A stretch of DNA of 64,000 nt from an uncultured Flavobacteriales bacterium (GTDB lineage Bacteria > Bacteroidota > Bacteroidia > Flavobacteriales > BACL11): the NCBI GenBank assembly GCA_905181635.1, contig CAJIYM010000005.1, forward strand, positions 13,568-77,567, given 5' to 3'. The notes beneath the pieces were generated by a model. The model ran no database searches. It was not told where the DNA came from and worked only from the letters and a program-made list of their open reading frames with translations. The stretch's first letter is position 1. Every line of letters starts with the position of its first letter. The translations under genes and the position numbers were made by a program. Below are positions 49,680 through 58,996 of the stretch, in pieces.

Positions 49680-50516
49680 TTATTGAATTAAAAATTTATC
49701 TAACGTATAAACAATTTGTATTAATGGCAAATAAGCAAAAGAGCTTAGCATTAAAGTGCGAGCTGCTAAATCATCACAGTCTTGGTATAGTTTTAATGAT
49801 TTTGAGGTAAACCAAGCTCCCAATAAAAACACAGTAACTGCCCCATATATCGATAATGATAATAAAGGAATTTCCAAAAGAAAAGGAATAACCGAAATAA
49901 CGGTCATAAGGATAGCGGTAATCACCGCAATAAAAGCTGGGTATTTTCCTTTTTCACCTCCAAGCATCATCTTGAAACCTGCTTTCTTATATTCTGCATC
50001 CTGCACCCAAGCAATAGCAATAAAGTGTGGATATTGCCAAAAAAACTGAATGGCAAAAAGTGTAGCTGCCGCAACACCAAAATCATCAGTTGCAGCAACA
50101 AAACCTAATAAAAATGGAATAGCACCAGGCACTGCTCCCACAGTAATTGCAAAAGGAGAAATCCTTTTAAATGGAGTGTATACTAAAACATACAACACCA
50201 TAGAAAGCAAACCAAAGGCACCAGATTTTGACATCAAACCAAAGAAGCTACCTAGAGGGTTAATGTGGTTTAAAGCAAATATACCTAAAGTTCCAAGGAG
50301 TATTGAGAAAATAAGTGCTTGATTAACTGATAAATTACCTAGCGGCAGAGGACGAATAGCAGTTCGTTCCATAAATTTATCATGCTCACGCTCAATTAAC
50401 TGATTAAAACCATTAGCAGCACAAGTAACAAAGAAACCACCAACAACTAATAAGCTAAAAGTAGTAATGTCAAAGATTTCAAAACCTAATAAATAACCTA
50501 TTGTAGCCGATAACAC
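49680..50516 (-). CDS. cyoE: protoheme IX farnesyltransferase (heme O synthase); start codon uncertain
   Basis: UbiA-family motif GFNQLIEREHDKFMERTAIRPL with about 8 TM segments. The track start is a GTG that truncates the first TM. See the corresponding finding. Confidence 0.85.
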   Translation of the reverse strand: MLSATIGYLLGFEIFDITTFSLLVVGGFFVTCAANGFNQLIEREHDKFMERTAIRPLPLGNLSVNQALIFSILLGTLGIFALNHINPLGSFFGLMSKSGAFGLLSMVLYVLVYTPFKRISPFAITVGAVPGAIPFLLGFVAATDDFGVAAATLFAIQFFWQYPHFIAIAWVQDAEYKKAGFKMMLGGEKGKYPAFIAVITAILMTVISVIPFLLEIPLLSLSIYGAVTVFLLGAWFTSKSLKLYQDCDDLAARTLMLSSFAYLPLIQIVYTLDKFLIQ

Positions 50517-50587
50517 AACAGTAATCGATAGCTTAAATTTTAAAAGCTGTCCATAATATTTTAAATTTGAAATCAGAATTTTGCTAG

Positions 50588-51004
50588 TTAGCAGATATTA
50601 TCAAAACAATCTTTTAAATTATCAGCAATCATTTCAGCTGACCTTCCTTCGATGTGATGACGCTCGATACAGTGGACTAATTTCCCATCCTTAAAAACAG
50701 CAATAGCTGGTGATGAAGGAGGAAATGGAGCCATATATTCTCTGGCCTTAGCAACAGCACCAATATCCTGGCCGGCAAAAACAGTTGCAAAAACATCTAC
50801 TTTCTTTTCAAACTGAGTTGTCATTTTTACAGCAGGTCGTGCATTACCTGCTGCACAACCACACACTGAATTCACCATTACTAAAACAGTTCCTTCTTTT
50901 TTATCTAATAAATCGGATACAGATTCAGCAGTTCTTAATTCAACAAAACCTACTGAGGTTAAATCTTTACGCATTGGCGCGCACATTTCTTCTGGATAAT
51001 TCAT
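50588..51004 (-). CDS. BrxA/BrxB-family bacilliredoxin (DUF1094/YphP-like thiol-disulfide oxidoreductase)
   Basis: 138 aa. ...VLVMVNSVCGCAAGNARPA... carries the CGC redox motif of this family. Confidence 0.78.
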   Translation of the reverse strand: MNYPEEMCAPMRKDLTSVGFVELRTAESVSDLLDKKEGTVLVMVNSVCGCAAGNARPAVKMTTQFEKKVDVFATVFAGQDIGAVAKAREYMAPFPPSSPAIAVFKDGKLVHCIERHHIEGRSAEMIADNLKDCFDNIC

Positions 51005-51035
51005 AACAATTAATTTTTGGTAAAAATACGCTTAT

Positions 51036-51482
51036 TTACCTTTTGTTTTTAAAAAAATCTGACAATAATTTCATGCATTCTTCTTGCAATAAACCACTAT
51101 CTATTTCGGTTTTTGGATGCAGGATATTTTCTGACAAAGAAGAAAACCCTCTTTTTTCATCCTTTGCCCCATAAACTATCTTTTTTAACTGTGTCCAATA
51201 AGCAGCACCACCACACATTATACATGGTTCAAGGGTAACATAAAGGGTACATTCTTTTAGGTATTTTCCACCTAGATAATCAGCAGCAGCCGTAAAAGCT
51301 TGCATTTCGGCATGAGCAGTTACATCATTTAAACGTTCGGTATAATTATGGGCTCTAGCAATAATTTGATTTTCACATACAATAACAGCTCCTACAGGAA
51401 CTTCATCTTTTTCAAAGGCCTCCTTAGCTTGCAAAAGGGCTTGTTTCATGAAGTATGTATCGTCAAAAGGAATAATTTCCAT
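51036..51482 (-). CDS. tadA: tRNA adenosine(34) deaminase
   Basis: Contains the HAEMQA and PCIMCGGA zinc motifs. I prefer the start MEIIPFDDTYFMKQAL at 51482. Confidence 0.9.
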   Translation of the reverse strand: MEIIPFDDTYFMKQALLQAKEAFEKDEVPVGAVIVCENQIIARAHNYTERLNDVTAHAEMQAFTAAADYLGGKYLKECTLYVTLEPCIMCGGAAYWTQLKKIVYGAKDEKRGFSSLSENILHPKTEIDSGLLQEECMKLLSDFFKNKR

Positions 51483-51486
51483 AAGG

Positions 51487-51494
51487 CAAATATA
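51487..51494 (-). promoter_or_regulatory. Bacteroidota -7 promoter box TATATTTG, 4 nt upstream of tadA ATG
   Basis: Exact TAnnTTTG match on the - strand. Confidence 0.45.
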
Positions 51495-51541
51495 CCTAAA
51501 CCACATTTTGTTTTGTAATTTCGCAAGCTAATAATTATAAG

Positions 51542-53287
51542 ATGTTAAGAACACACAATTGCGGTACATTAAATATAACAAATGCTAACCAAAAAGTAAC
51601 CCTGAGTGGATGGGTGCAAAAAACACGAGATTTAGGAGGGCTGACTTTTGTGGATTTGCGTGATAGATATGGAATTACACAATTGGCTTTTAACATGGAT
51701 TTAAATGCTGAAATCTGTATAGATGCTAGAAAATTAGGGCGTGAATTTGTGATTCAGATAACAGGAAAAGTAGTAGAAAGAGAAAGTAAAAATAAGAATA
51801 TTTTAACAGGGGAAATTGAGATTGAGGTTAGTGAGGTTACAATATTAAACAAATCAATAACACCTCCTTTTACTATTGAAAACGAAACGGATGGTGGGGA
51901 AGAAATACGAATGAAGTATCGTTACCTAGATATAAGAAGAAACCCAATAAAAGAAAACTTACTACTAAGACATCAGGTTTCGAAAGTAACAAGAAATTAC
52001 TTGGATAACCAAGGGTTTATTGAGGTGGAAACGCCCTACTTAATAAAATCAACACCTGAAGGAGCAAGAGATTTTGTTGTGCCAAGTAGAATGAACGAAA
52101 AGCAGTTTTATGCATTACCACAATCGCCACAAACTTTTAAGCAATTGCTTATGGTGGGTGGAATCGATAAATATTATCAAATTGTAAAGTGTTTTAGAGA
52201 TGAAGATTTACGTGCCGACCGTCAGCCAGAATTTACTCAGATTGACTGTGAAATGTCCTTTATTGAGCAAGAAGATATCCTGAATATGTTTGAAGGATTA
52301 ACTCGCCATTTACTAAAAGAAGTAAAAGGAGTTGAGCTTAATGAATTTCCAAGAATGACTTACGACACTGCAATGAAGCTCTATGGCTCGGACAAACCAG
52401 ATATTCGTTTTGACATGAAGTTTGTAGAGATGAATGACCTATGCCAAGGAAAAGATTTTGGGGTGTTTGACAATGCAGAACTTGTAGTCGCTATTAATGT
52501 AAAAGGATGTGCTAATTACACAAGAAAACAATTAGATGCCTTGGTAAATTTTGTAAAAACACCACAAATTAGATCAACAGGGCTTATCTATTGCAAGTAT
52601 AATGAGGACGGAACATCAAAATCGACAGTAGATAAGTTTTTTGATGAACAGGCGAGAAATGAATGGGCTGCAAAAGCAGGATGTGAAAAAGGGGATTTGC
52701 TTTTAATAATGGCAGGAGCCAGGGGAAATACCAGAAAAGCTTTAGGAACTTTACGATTACACTTAGCAGAGAAATTAGGGCTAAGAAATCCAGAAGTATT
52801 TGCCCCATTATGGGTGTTGGATTTCCCCTTATTAGAATGGGATGAAGAGAGTGAGAGGTACCATGCTATGCACCACCCTTTTACCTCACCAAAGCCAGAA
52901 GATATTGAAAAACTAGACACTGACCCAGAAGCAGTGCGTGCCAATGCTTATGATCTTGTTATGAACGGAAATGAGATAGGCGGTGGGAGTATAAGAATAC
53001 ACGATAAAGCTTTGCAACAACTAATGTTTAAACATTTGGGATTTAGTAAAGAACAAGCAAAAGAACAATTCGGATTTTTAATGGAGGCCTTTGAATATGG
53101 AGCGCCACCACATGGAGGTGTTGCTTTTGGATTCGACCGTTTATGTGCTATAATGGGTGGTCAAGAAAGCATCCGTGATTTTATTGCATTCCCAAAAAAC
53201 AATTCGGGTAGAGATGTAATGATTGACTCGCCTTCCGATATTGATGAAGCGCAATTGAAAGAATTGAGTATTTCCTTAAGAAGTTAG
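51542..53287 (+). CDS. aspS: aspartate--tRNA ligase
   Basis: 581 aa with an OB-fold N-terminus and class II motifs ([31 protein letters not shown]). Confidence 0.96.
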   Translation: MLRTHNCGTLNITNANQKVTLSGWVQKTRDLGGLTFVDLRDRYGITQLAFNMDLNAEICIDARKLGREFVIQITGKVVERESKNKNILTGEIEIEVSEVTILNKSITPPFTIENETDGGEEIRMKYRYLDIRRNPIKENLLLRHQVSKVTRNYLDNQGFIEVETPYLIKSTPEGARDFVVPSRMNEKQFYALPQSPQTFKQLLMVGGIDKYYQIVKCFRDEDLRADRQPEFTQIDCEMSFIEQEDILNMFEGLTRHLLKEVKGVELNEFPRMTYDTAMKLYGSDKPDIRFDMKFVEMNDLCQGKDFGVFDNAELVVAINVKGCANYTRKQLDALVNFVKTPQIRSTGLIYCKYNEDGTSKSTVDKFFDEQARNEWAAKAGCEKGDLLLIMAGARGNTRKALGTLRLHLAEKLGLRNPEVFAPLWVLDFPLLEWDEESERYHAMHHPFTSPKPEDIEKLDTDPEAVRANAYDLVMNGNEIGGGSIRIHDKALQQLMFKHLGFSKEQAKEQFGFLMEAFEYGAPPHGGVAFGFDRLCAIMGGQESIRDFIAFPKNNSGRDVMIDSPSDIDEAQLKELSISLRS

Positions 53288-53348
53288 CTAGCTTCATAAT
53301 ACACTGTTAATCAAATAAAAAATGGGGCAAAGTGAAGGCAAAATACTT

Positions 53349-53582
53349 TTAAGCAGTCTGGGTTTTTCTTTTCTGTAAATAGAAAAATAGTGCAAAAAAG
53401 AAAACGGCAATATAAGGCATAGACATTAAAAACAAAATACCATCATTTAAACCTGCCGCTTTAGTATCCCCTGATTCCAAATTAGCCTCTACAACAGCCT
53501 TACACATTGCACATTGACCAATGCTAATAGAGTTTAAACAGGTCATTAAAACTACTAGAAATAATAATTTAATCTTTATCAT
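53349..53582 (-). CDS. small membrane protein with post-signal CxxC motif, coupled to Sco
   Basis: 77 aa: signal/TM segment, then QCAMCK, then a C-terminal TM segment. The start overlaps the Sco gene end by 14 nt. Confidence 0.45.
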   Translation of the reverse strand: MIKIKLLFLVVLMTCLNSISIGQCAMCKAVVEANLESGDTKAAGLNDGILFLMSMPYIAVFFFALFFYLQKRKTQTA

Positions 53583-54249
53583 TTTTTAAAGGTCTTTTGT
53601 ATTCTGCCATTAGAACATTAACATCATTAATAAGGTCCTTCATCTGAACTTCATTAGTACCATCATAAGCACCTACAACATTTCCGTTTTTATCAATTCC
53701 AGACCGAACCCTTCCTTGCTTGTCTATTAGGATAAAGTATTCTGAATGTAAAAATCCTCCAGGAGCTAAAGAATCAACGCTTGCATTAACAAAATAATTG
53801 GAAGCGATTTTATATAGTTTGTCTTTATCTCCCGTTACAAAATCCCAATTAGATAAATTAATATTAATATTTTTACTTTGCATTAAATCAACATACTCAC
53901 TTAGCTTTTCTGGATTATCATTAGATGGATCAACTGTATGAGATAAAAATCTAATATTAGGAAAAGCATTTAGTTTGTCTTGTACGTAAGACATGTTTCT
54001 TGTCATTATTGGACAAATAGACGGGCATGAGGTAAAGAAGAAATTTGCTACATAAATAGATCCTTTCAAGCTGTCATTATTAATAATCTTGTTATCCTGA
54101 TTGATAAAACTAAAGTTATCAATAATGTGATCTGAGCCTCCAACAACCTCTAATTTAATAAAATTATTATACCCCTTTGTTAAATAATTATACATTATAG
54201 CGGGTAAAACCAATAATAAAAAAAGAAGTGATATTTTCTCTATTTTCAT
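53569..54249 (-). CDS. SCO family copper chaperone / thiol-disulfide oxidoreductase
   Basis: N-terminal anchor and a thioredoxin fold with FFFTSCPSICP (CxxxC) and a downstream His (...GFLHSEYF...). Confidence 0.85.
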   Translation of the reverse strand: MKIEKISLLFLLLVLPAIMYNYLTKGYNNFIKLEVVGGSDHIIDNFSFINQDNKIINNDSLKGSIYVANFFFTSCPSICPIMTRNMSYVQDKLNAFPNIRFLSHTVDPSNDNPEKLSEYVDLMQSKNININLSNWDFVTGDKDKLYKIASNYFVNASVDSLAPGGFLHSEYFILIDKQGRVRSGIDKNGNVVGAYDGTNEVQMKDLINDVNVLMAEYKRPLKNDKD

Positions 54250-54261
54250 AAGTATTTATCT

Positions 54262-54582
54262 CTAAATCATCAAGTATGAATGAACTCCTTCACTTAAGAT
54301 AATAAACAGCAAATAAGGTACTAAAACCATAGCTGGCAATAATACTGTCCATTTTAAACTTTTCTTTTCATGTCCCAAGTGCATAAACTCAAGAATTATA
54401 TATGCTGCCTTTATGATAGTTAAGATAATAAACACATGATTTAATAATTTTGTTCCTAAAAATATTGTGTCAACTAAAAAAGGTGGCTTTATCATTCCAA
54501 GAGCAACTTCAAATGCAGTAATAAATAATAATATCCAAAATACCTTCCAAATCCACCAGTTTCCTTTTGTCTCGTTTGCCAT
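54262..54582 (-). CDS. cytochrome c oxidase subunit IV (prokaryotic small subunit)
   Basis: 106 aa with 3 TM segments and the ...LEFMHLGHE... motif. Confidence 0.7.
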   Translation of the reverse strand: MANETKGNWWIWKVFWILLFITAFEVALGMIKPPFLVDTIFLGTKLLNHVFIILTIIKAAYIILEFMHLGHEKKSLKWTVLLPAMVLVPYLLFIILSEGVHSYLMI

Positions 54583-54595
54583 ATTTTTTTTTTAA

Positions 54596-55543
54596 TTATA
54601 CTAAATAGAAGAATGTGAAAACAAACACCCAAACTAAATCAACAAAATGCCAATACAGGCCAATCTTTTCTACCATTTCATAATGGCCTCTTTTAGCATA
54701 TGTATCCTTTATTACATTTACAAGTAAAATAATTAAAAGAACAACTCCGCTAAAGACGTGAAAGCCATGAAAACCCGTAATAAAAAAGAAATAGTCTCCA
54801 AACAAAGTATGTCCATATTCATTTTCATAAAGATCTGCACCTTTAGTAGTTCTTAAACCACGCTCTTTTAAATACTCAACTGCTAAATCATGATCTAGTA
54901 TAGTTTTATCTGATAGCCTTAGATCAAGATCTTTTTGAGATGCAAAAATAGAAATAAAATTATCAAAATCTATATCATCCGAATGGGATGAATCGTGATG
55001 ATTACCCTCAGATAGATTATCAATTGAATAAATTTTTCCATCCTTAAATACATGAGCTAAATTAGAATTTACAAATAAACTATCGTTAATCTTGTAAGAA
55101 CTACTTCCATTTGTAACAACTGCTCCTTTATCACCATGAATAAAATGCCCCCACTCCCAGGCCTGAGATCCCAAAAACATAGAGCCACCAATAATGGTTA
55201 ATACAAGCCAAAGAATTACCTTATTCTTTTGCATTTTATGCCCATAATTTACAGCCAATACCATGGTGACAGAACTCATAATTAGTATAAAAGTCATAAG
55301 AGCTACAAAAAGTAATGGATGATCACCATGAAGGAAAGGGAAATGTGTAAATACATCTTCCGGAACCGGCCAACTGTCCTGATATTTAAATCGACTAAAA
55401 CCATAAGATGCTAAAAAAGCAGAAAAGGTCAAGGTGTCGGTTATTAAAAAAAACCACATCATTAATTTTCCATAACTTGCCTTGTAAGGCAGGTCCCCTC
55501 CCTTCCATGCTGGCTTATGATCTTTTATTAATGCTTCGTCCAT
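54596..55543 (-). CDS. ctaE: cytochrome c oxidase subunit III (with ~110-aa internal soluble insert)
   Basis: Contains ...FFFITGFHGFHV... and the C-terminal ...GLYWHFVDLVWVFVFTFFY. Confidence 0.85.
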   Translation of the reverse strand: MDEALIKDHKPAWKGGDLPYKASYGKLMMWFFLITDTLTFSAFLASYGFSRFKYQDSWPVPEDVFTHFPFLHGDHPLLFVALMTFILIMSSVTMVLAVNYGHKMQKNKVILWLVLTIIGGSMFLGSQAWEWGHFIHGDKGAVVTNGSSSYKINDSLFVNSNLAHVFKDGKIYSIDNLSEGNHHDSSHSDDIDFDNFISIFASQKDLDLRLSDKTILDHDLAVEYLKERGLRTTKGADLYENEYGHTLFGDYFFFITGFHGFHVFSGVVLLIILLVNVIKDTYAKRGHYEMVEKIGLYWHFVDLVWVFVFTFFYLV

Positions 55544-55560
55544 AATTTTAATTTATTAAT

Positions 55561-56115
55561 TTAATAGAATTTTAAAAAAGTGAAGAGTATTATCCATAGT
55601 ATGGTTAAAAAATGCCAATAAATAGATGTTAACTCTAAACCCAAATAATTATTAATTGAATATAAATTCTGTTTTGATTTAATTGTACTTATACATAAGC
55701 CAACTAGCCCACCAACAAGATGTAATAGATGAGTTAAAGTTAAAATATATAAAAAAGAGCCCGCCACATTACTTCCAATTCCAGTTAAGTATATACCCTG
55801 ACTAGTTAATTGCTCCCATCCTTTAATTTGAAAGAATGAAAATAACAAACCTAAAATTAAAACCATAAAGACTAAACCAAATATAGACTTACCCTTTTTT
55901 AATGTTGATTTTATAAAAAATAGTAATAAACTACTTAGAATAATTATACCGGTACTTATTACAAAATAATTAGGTAGAATAAAATTTTTCCAATTATCAA
56001 CATCTCCCTTTTCTACTATAAATGCAGATAACATGCTGGCAAAAAACATTGAAATAGAAACTAATGCTACCCATAAAAGCTGTTTTTTAACTGTATTTCT
56101 TAAAGCTATATCCAT
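55561..56115 (-). CDS. cytochrome c oxidase subunit III family protein (second, short)
   Basis: 184 aa with 5 TM segments. Contains ...LTHLLHLVGG... and ...IYWHFLTILWIILF.... Confidence 0.72.
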   Translation of the reverse strand: MDIALRNTVKKQLLWVALVSISMFFASMLSAFIVEKGDVDNWKNFILPNYFVISTGIIILSSLLLFFIKSTLKKGKSIFGLVFMVLILGLLFSFFQIKGWEQLTSQGIYLTGIGSNVAGSFLYILTLTHLLHLVGGLVGLCISTIKSKQNLYSINNYLGLELTSIYWHFLTILWIILFTFLKFY

Positions 56116-56116
56116 A

Positions 56117-57868
56117 TTAATGTTCTATCTCTCCCTCTTTTAATGGTTCCGTTTGTAAAATGAAATCTTCATCAGCGCCTGGCTTTGAATAATCGTATGC
56201 CCAACGAGTTACAACAGGCAATTCTCCAGGCCAATTCCCATGTATCCTTTCTACAGGAGTAGTCCACTCTAAAGTGTTTGACTTCCAAGGATTCTGAGTT
56301 GATTTTGTACCTTTAAATATACTGTAAAAGAAATTAAAAAGAAAAAATACTTGAAATATAGCTCCTGCTAGTGCGAAGAAAGTAATGAGTTCATTAATAT
56401 CCGATAACCCATCAAACATTGGGAAAGCCGAATTAGAGTAATATCTTCTTGGTAAACCTGCTAATCCTAAAAAATGCATTGGGAAAAATACCCCATACGC
56501 ACAAATAAAAGTTCCCCAGAAGTGTAAGTATCCTAAATTTTTATTCATCATTCTTCCGTACATTTTAGGAAACCAATGATACACCCCTGCAAACATTCCG
56601 TATATAGCAGAAAGTCCCATAACAATATGAAAGTGACCTACTACGAAATAAGTATCATGTACATTGATATCTAAAGCACTATCACCAAGAATAATGCCAG
56701 TTAAACCACCTGTAATAAATGCTGAAACCGTACCAATAGCAAATAACATTGCAGGAGTAAAACGAATATTTCCTCTCCATAAAGTTGCTAAATAATTAAA
56801 CACTTTTACGGCTGAAGGTATAGCAATAAGTAAAGTGGTAAATGTAAATACAGAGCCAAGGAAAGGATTCATTCCAGTCATAAACATATGATGCCCCCAA
56901 ACAATAAATGATAAAAATGCAATTAATAATAATGCCCCAACCATTGCTTTATATCCAAAAATAGGCTTTCTTGAGTTTACAGCAATAACCTCAGATACAA
57001 TTCCAAGTGCAGGTAATAAAATAATATACACTTCAGGATGACCTAAAAACCAAAATAAATGTTCAAATAAAATAGGGCTTCCCCCCTCGTTATGTAAAGC
57101 TTCACCATTAATGATAATATCTGAAAGATAAAAACTAGTACCAAAAGATCTATCAAAAATTAGTAATAATCCGCATGACAAAAGAACTGGAAATGAAAGA
57201 ACTCCAAGTATTGCTGTAATTAACAAAGCCCAAACTGTAAGAGGAAGACGCTGCATTGTCATCCCTATAGTTCTAAGATTTAATATTGTAACTATATAGT
57301 TTAATCCACCTAGCAATGAGCCCACAACAAATAATGTAATACTAATTAACCATAACGTCATTCCTGTACCAGATCCAGGAATGGCTTGTGGCAGTGCAGA
57401 AAGTGGTGGGTAAATTGTCCAGCCACCAGAAGCAGGACCAGTCTCAACAAATAATGAACTTAGTAATACAACTGTAGCAATAAAGAAGAACCAGTAAGAT
57501 AACATGTTTAGAAATCCAGACGCCATGTCTCTAGCTCCAATCTGTAATGGAATAAGAAAATTAGCAAATGTTCCTGAAAGTCCTGCGGTTAGCACCCAGA
57601 AAACTAATATCGTCCCATGCATAGTTACTAAAGCAAGATATTTATCGGGATTTAAACCTCCTGAATCATTTAACCAAGCACCTGGCAATAAATTATATAA
57701 GATAGAAGTTTCACCAGGATTGGCTAGCTGAACTCTAAAAATAGCAGACATAAGCATACCAACAACCGCCATAAACATTCCTGTTATCAGAAACTGCTTA
57801 GCAATCATTTTATGATCCATTGTAAAAACATACTTGGTAATAAAGTTTTCCTTATGGTGTTCCGACAT
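56117..57868 (-). CDS. ctaD: cytochrome c oxidase subunit I
   Basis: 583 aa with 12+ TM segments. Contains WFLGHPEVYIILLPALG and ...HDTYFVVGHFH.... Confidence 0.96.
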   Translation of the reverse strand: MSEHHKENFITKYVFTMDHKMIAKQFLITGMFMAVVGMLMSAIFRVQLANPGETSILYNLLPGAWLNDSGGLNPDKYLALVTMHGTILVFWVLTAGLSGTFANFLIPLQIGARDMASGFLNMLSYWFFFIATVVLLSSLFVETGPASGGWTIYPPLSALPQAIPGSGTGMTLWLISITLFVVGSLLGGLNYIVTILNLRTIGMTMQRLPLTVWALLITAILGVLSFPVLLSCGLLLIFDRSFGTSFYLSDIIINGEALHNEGGSPILFEHLFWFLGHPEVYIILLPALGIVSEVIAVNSRKPIFGYKAMVGALLLIAFLSFIVWGHHMFMTGMNPFLGSVFTFTTLLIAIPSAVKVFNYLATLWRGNIRFTPAMLFAIGTVSAFITGGLTGIILGDSALDINVHDTYFVVGHFHIVMGLSAIYGMFAGVYHWFPKMYGRMMNKNLGYLHFWGTFICAYGVFFPMHFLGLAGLPRRYYSNSAFPMFDGLSDINELITFFALAGAIFQVFFLFNFFYSIFKGTKSTQNPWKSNTLEWTTPVERIHGNWPGELPVVTRWAYDYSKPGADEDFILQTEPLKEGEIEH

Positions 57869-57875
57869 TTTTATA

Positions 57876-58856
57876 TTATTTTTGAGTTAATAATTTAGTT
57901 TCTAAGTTTTCCTGAGAAGCAAGCCAAATATCGTACTCTTCTTGGGTTTCAACAATAAATTTCATTTGCATGTTGTAATGTGAAGCGCCACATATTTTAT
58001 TACATAATAAAATATATTCGAAATCATCTCCTTCAGATTCTTTCATCTGTGCGGTTGTTTTTGTTGGCGTAAATCCAAACTGAGTAGTCATACCTGGAAC
58101 ACAATTCATTTGCACTCTAAAATGAGGTAAAAATGCAGAATGTATTACATCTTGAGATCGAAACTTTAATAATACTGGTTTATCAATCACTAAATGAACC
58201 TCTCTAGACATTTTATCATCAGAAGAGTTAACGTCTAGCATATCTACTCCTAGAATATTACTTCCTTTAACCAATTTAAAATTTGCTTTTCCTAAAGTAT
58301 TGTCTTGTCCTGAATATCTTGCATTCCAATTAAATTGCTGAGCATAAACTTCAATAATAGTGGTAGATTCCGAAACATCGACATTCATTGCTTTATCCCA
58401 AGTTTTTAGTCCAAAAATAATTAAAGTCGTAAGAATTATAGTAGGAACAACAGTCCACACTACTTCAAGCTTATTATTGTGAGAGAAAAAATATGCTTTA
58501 TTAGATTTTTTACCTCTGTACTTGTATAGAAAGTAAAATAGTATCGGAGATAAAACAAAAAAGACGATTAAAATTAACCCCATCGACACTTGCATTAAAG
58601 TATCAATTTGAGCACCATGAACTGAACTAGCCGGAGGTAATAAGAGGTGATTCCAAGTTACCATTTGCCAAACAACAAATATTAGAAACCCAAAACCTAC
58701 TATTAAAAACAATATACCTTGAGTGTTATTATCCTCATCTGTTATCTCATTAACATCCTTATTTTTTATATCTGATAATAATTCGCTAACTCTAAGTATT
58801 TGTACTAAAGCTGCCACTAACAAGATTACAACTACAACAATTAATATATTCGTCAT
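57876..58856 (-). CDS. ctaC: cytochrome c oxidase subunit II
   Basis: Two N-terminal TM segments and the CuA site VIHSAF...CNKICGASHYNM. Confidence 0.9.
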   Translation of the reverse strand: MTNILIVVVVILLVAALVQILRVSELLSDIKNKDVNEITDEDNNTQGILFLIVGFGFLIFVVWQMVTWNHLLLPPASSVHGAQIDTLMQVSMGLILIVFFVLSPILFYFLYKYRGKKSNKAYFFSHNNKLEVVWTVVPTIILTTLIIFGLKTWDKAMNVDVSESTTIIEVYAQQFNWNARYSGQDNTLGKANFKLVKGSNILGVDMLDVNSSDDKMSREVHLVIDKPVLLKFRSQDVIHSAFLPHFRVQMNCVPGMTTQFGFTPTKTTAQMKESEGDDFEYILLCNKICGASHYNMQMKFIVETQEEYDIWLASQENLETKLLTQK

Positions 58857-58876
58857 TTTTTACAATTTTTCGATCG

Positions 58877-58884
58877 CAAAAATA
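58877..58884 (-). promoter_or_regulatory. Bacteroidota -7 promoter box TATTTTTG, 20 nt upstream of the oxidase operon (ctaC ATG)
   Basis: Exact TAnnTTTG match on the - strand. Confidence 0.45.
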
Positions 58885-58996
58885 GAAAATACTATTAATG
58901 AAAACTATAATTTTTGTCATATTTTTCATTTATAAAAATATTTATATTAATTCTTTCTAATTAAAGATTTTATACTAATAAAAAAGAAGTATTGTA

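Noticed and set aside
49660-49682. Long homopolymers (T9 and T9 on the + strand) at the cyoE stop / DUF420 start, considered as a phase-variation switch.
   Set aside because: One run is intergenic, and the other encodes the Lys-Lys-Lys of a normal basic N-terminus. Both frames are intact here, and housekeeping respiratory genes are unlikely phase-variable targets. They remain plausible sites for sequencing error.
50025-50040. Near-match to a DnaA box (TGTGGATAT), considered as a hint of oriC.
   Set aside because: It is a single imperfect copy inside the cyoE coding region. There is no cluster of boxes, no AT-rich unwinding element and no dnaA/dnaN neighbourhood.
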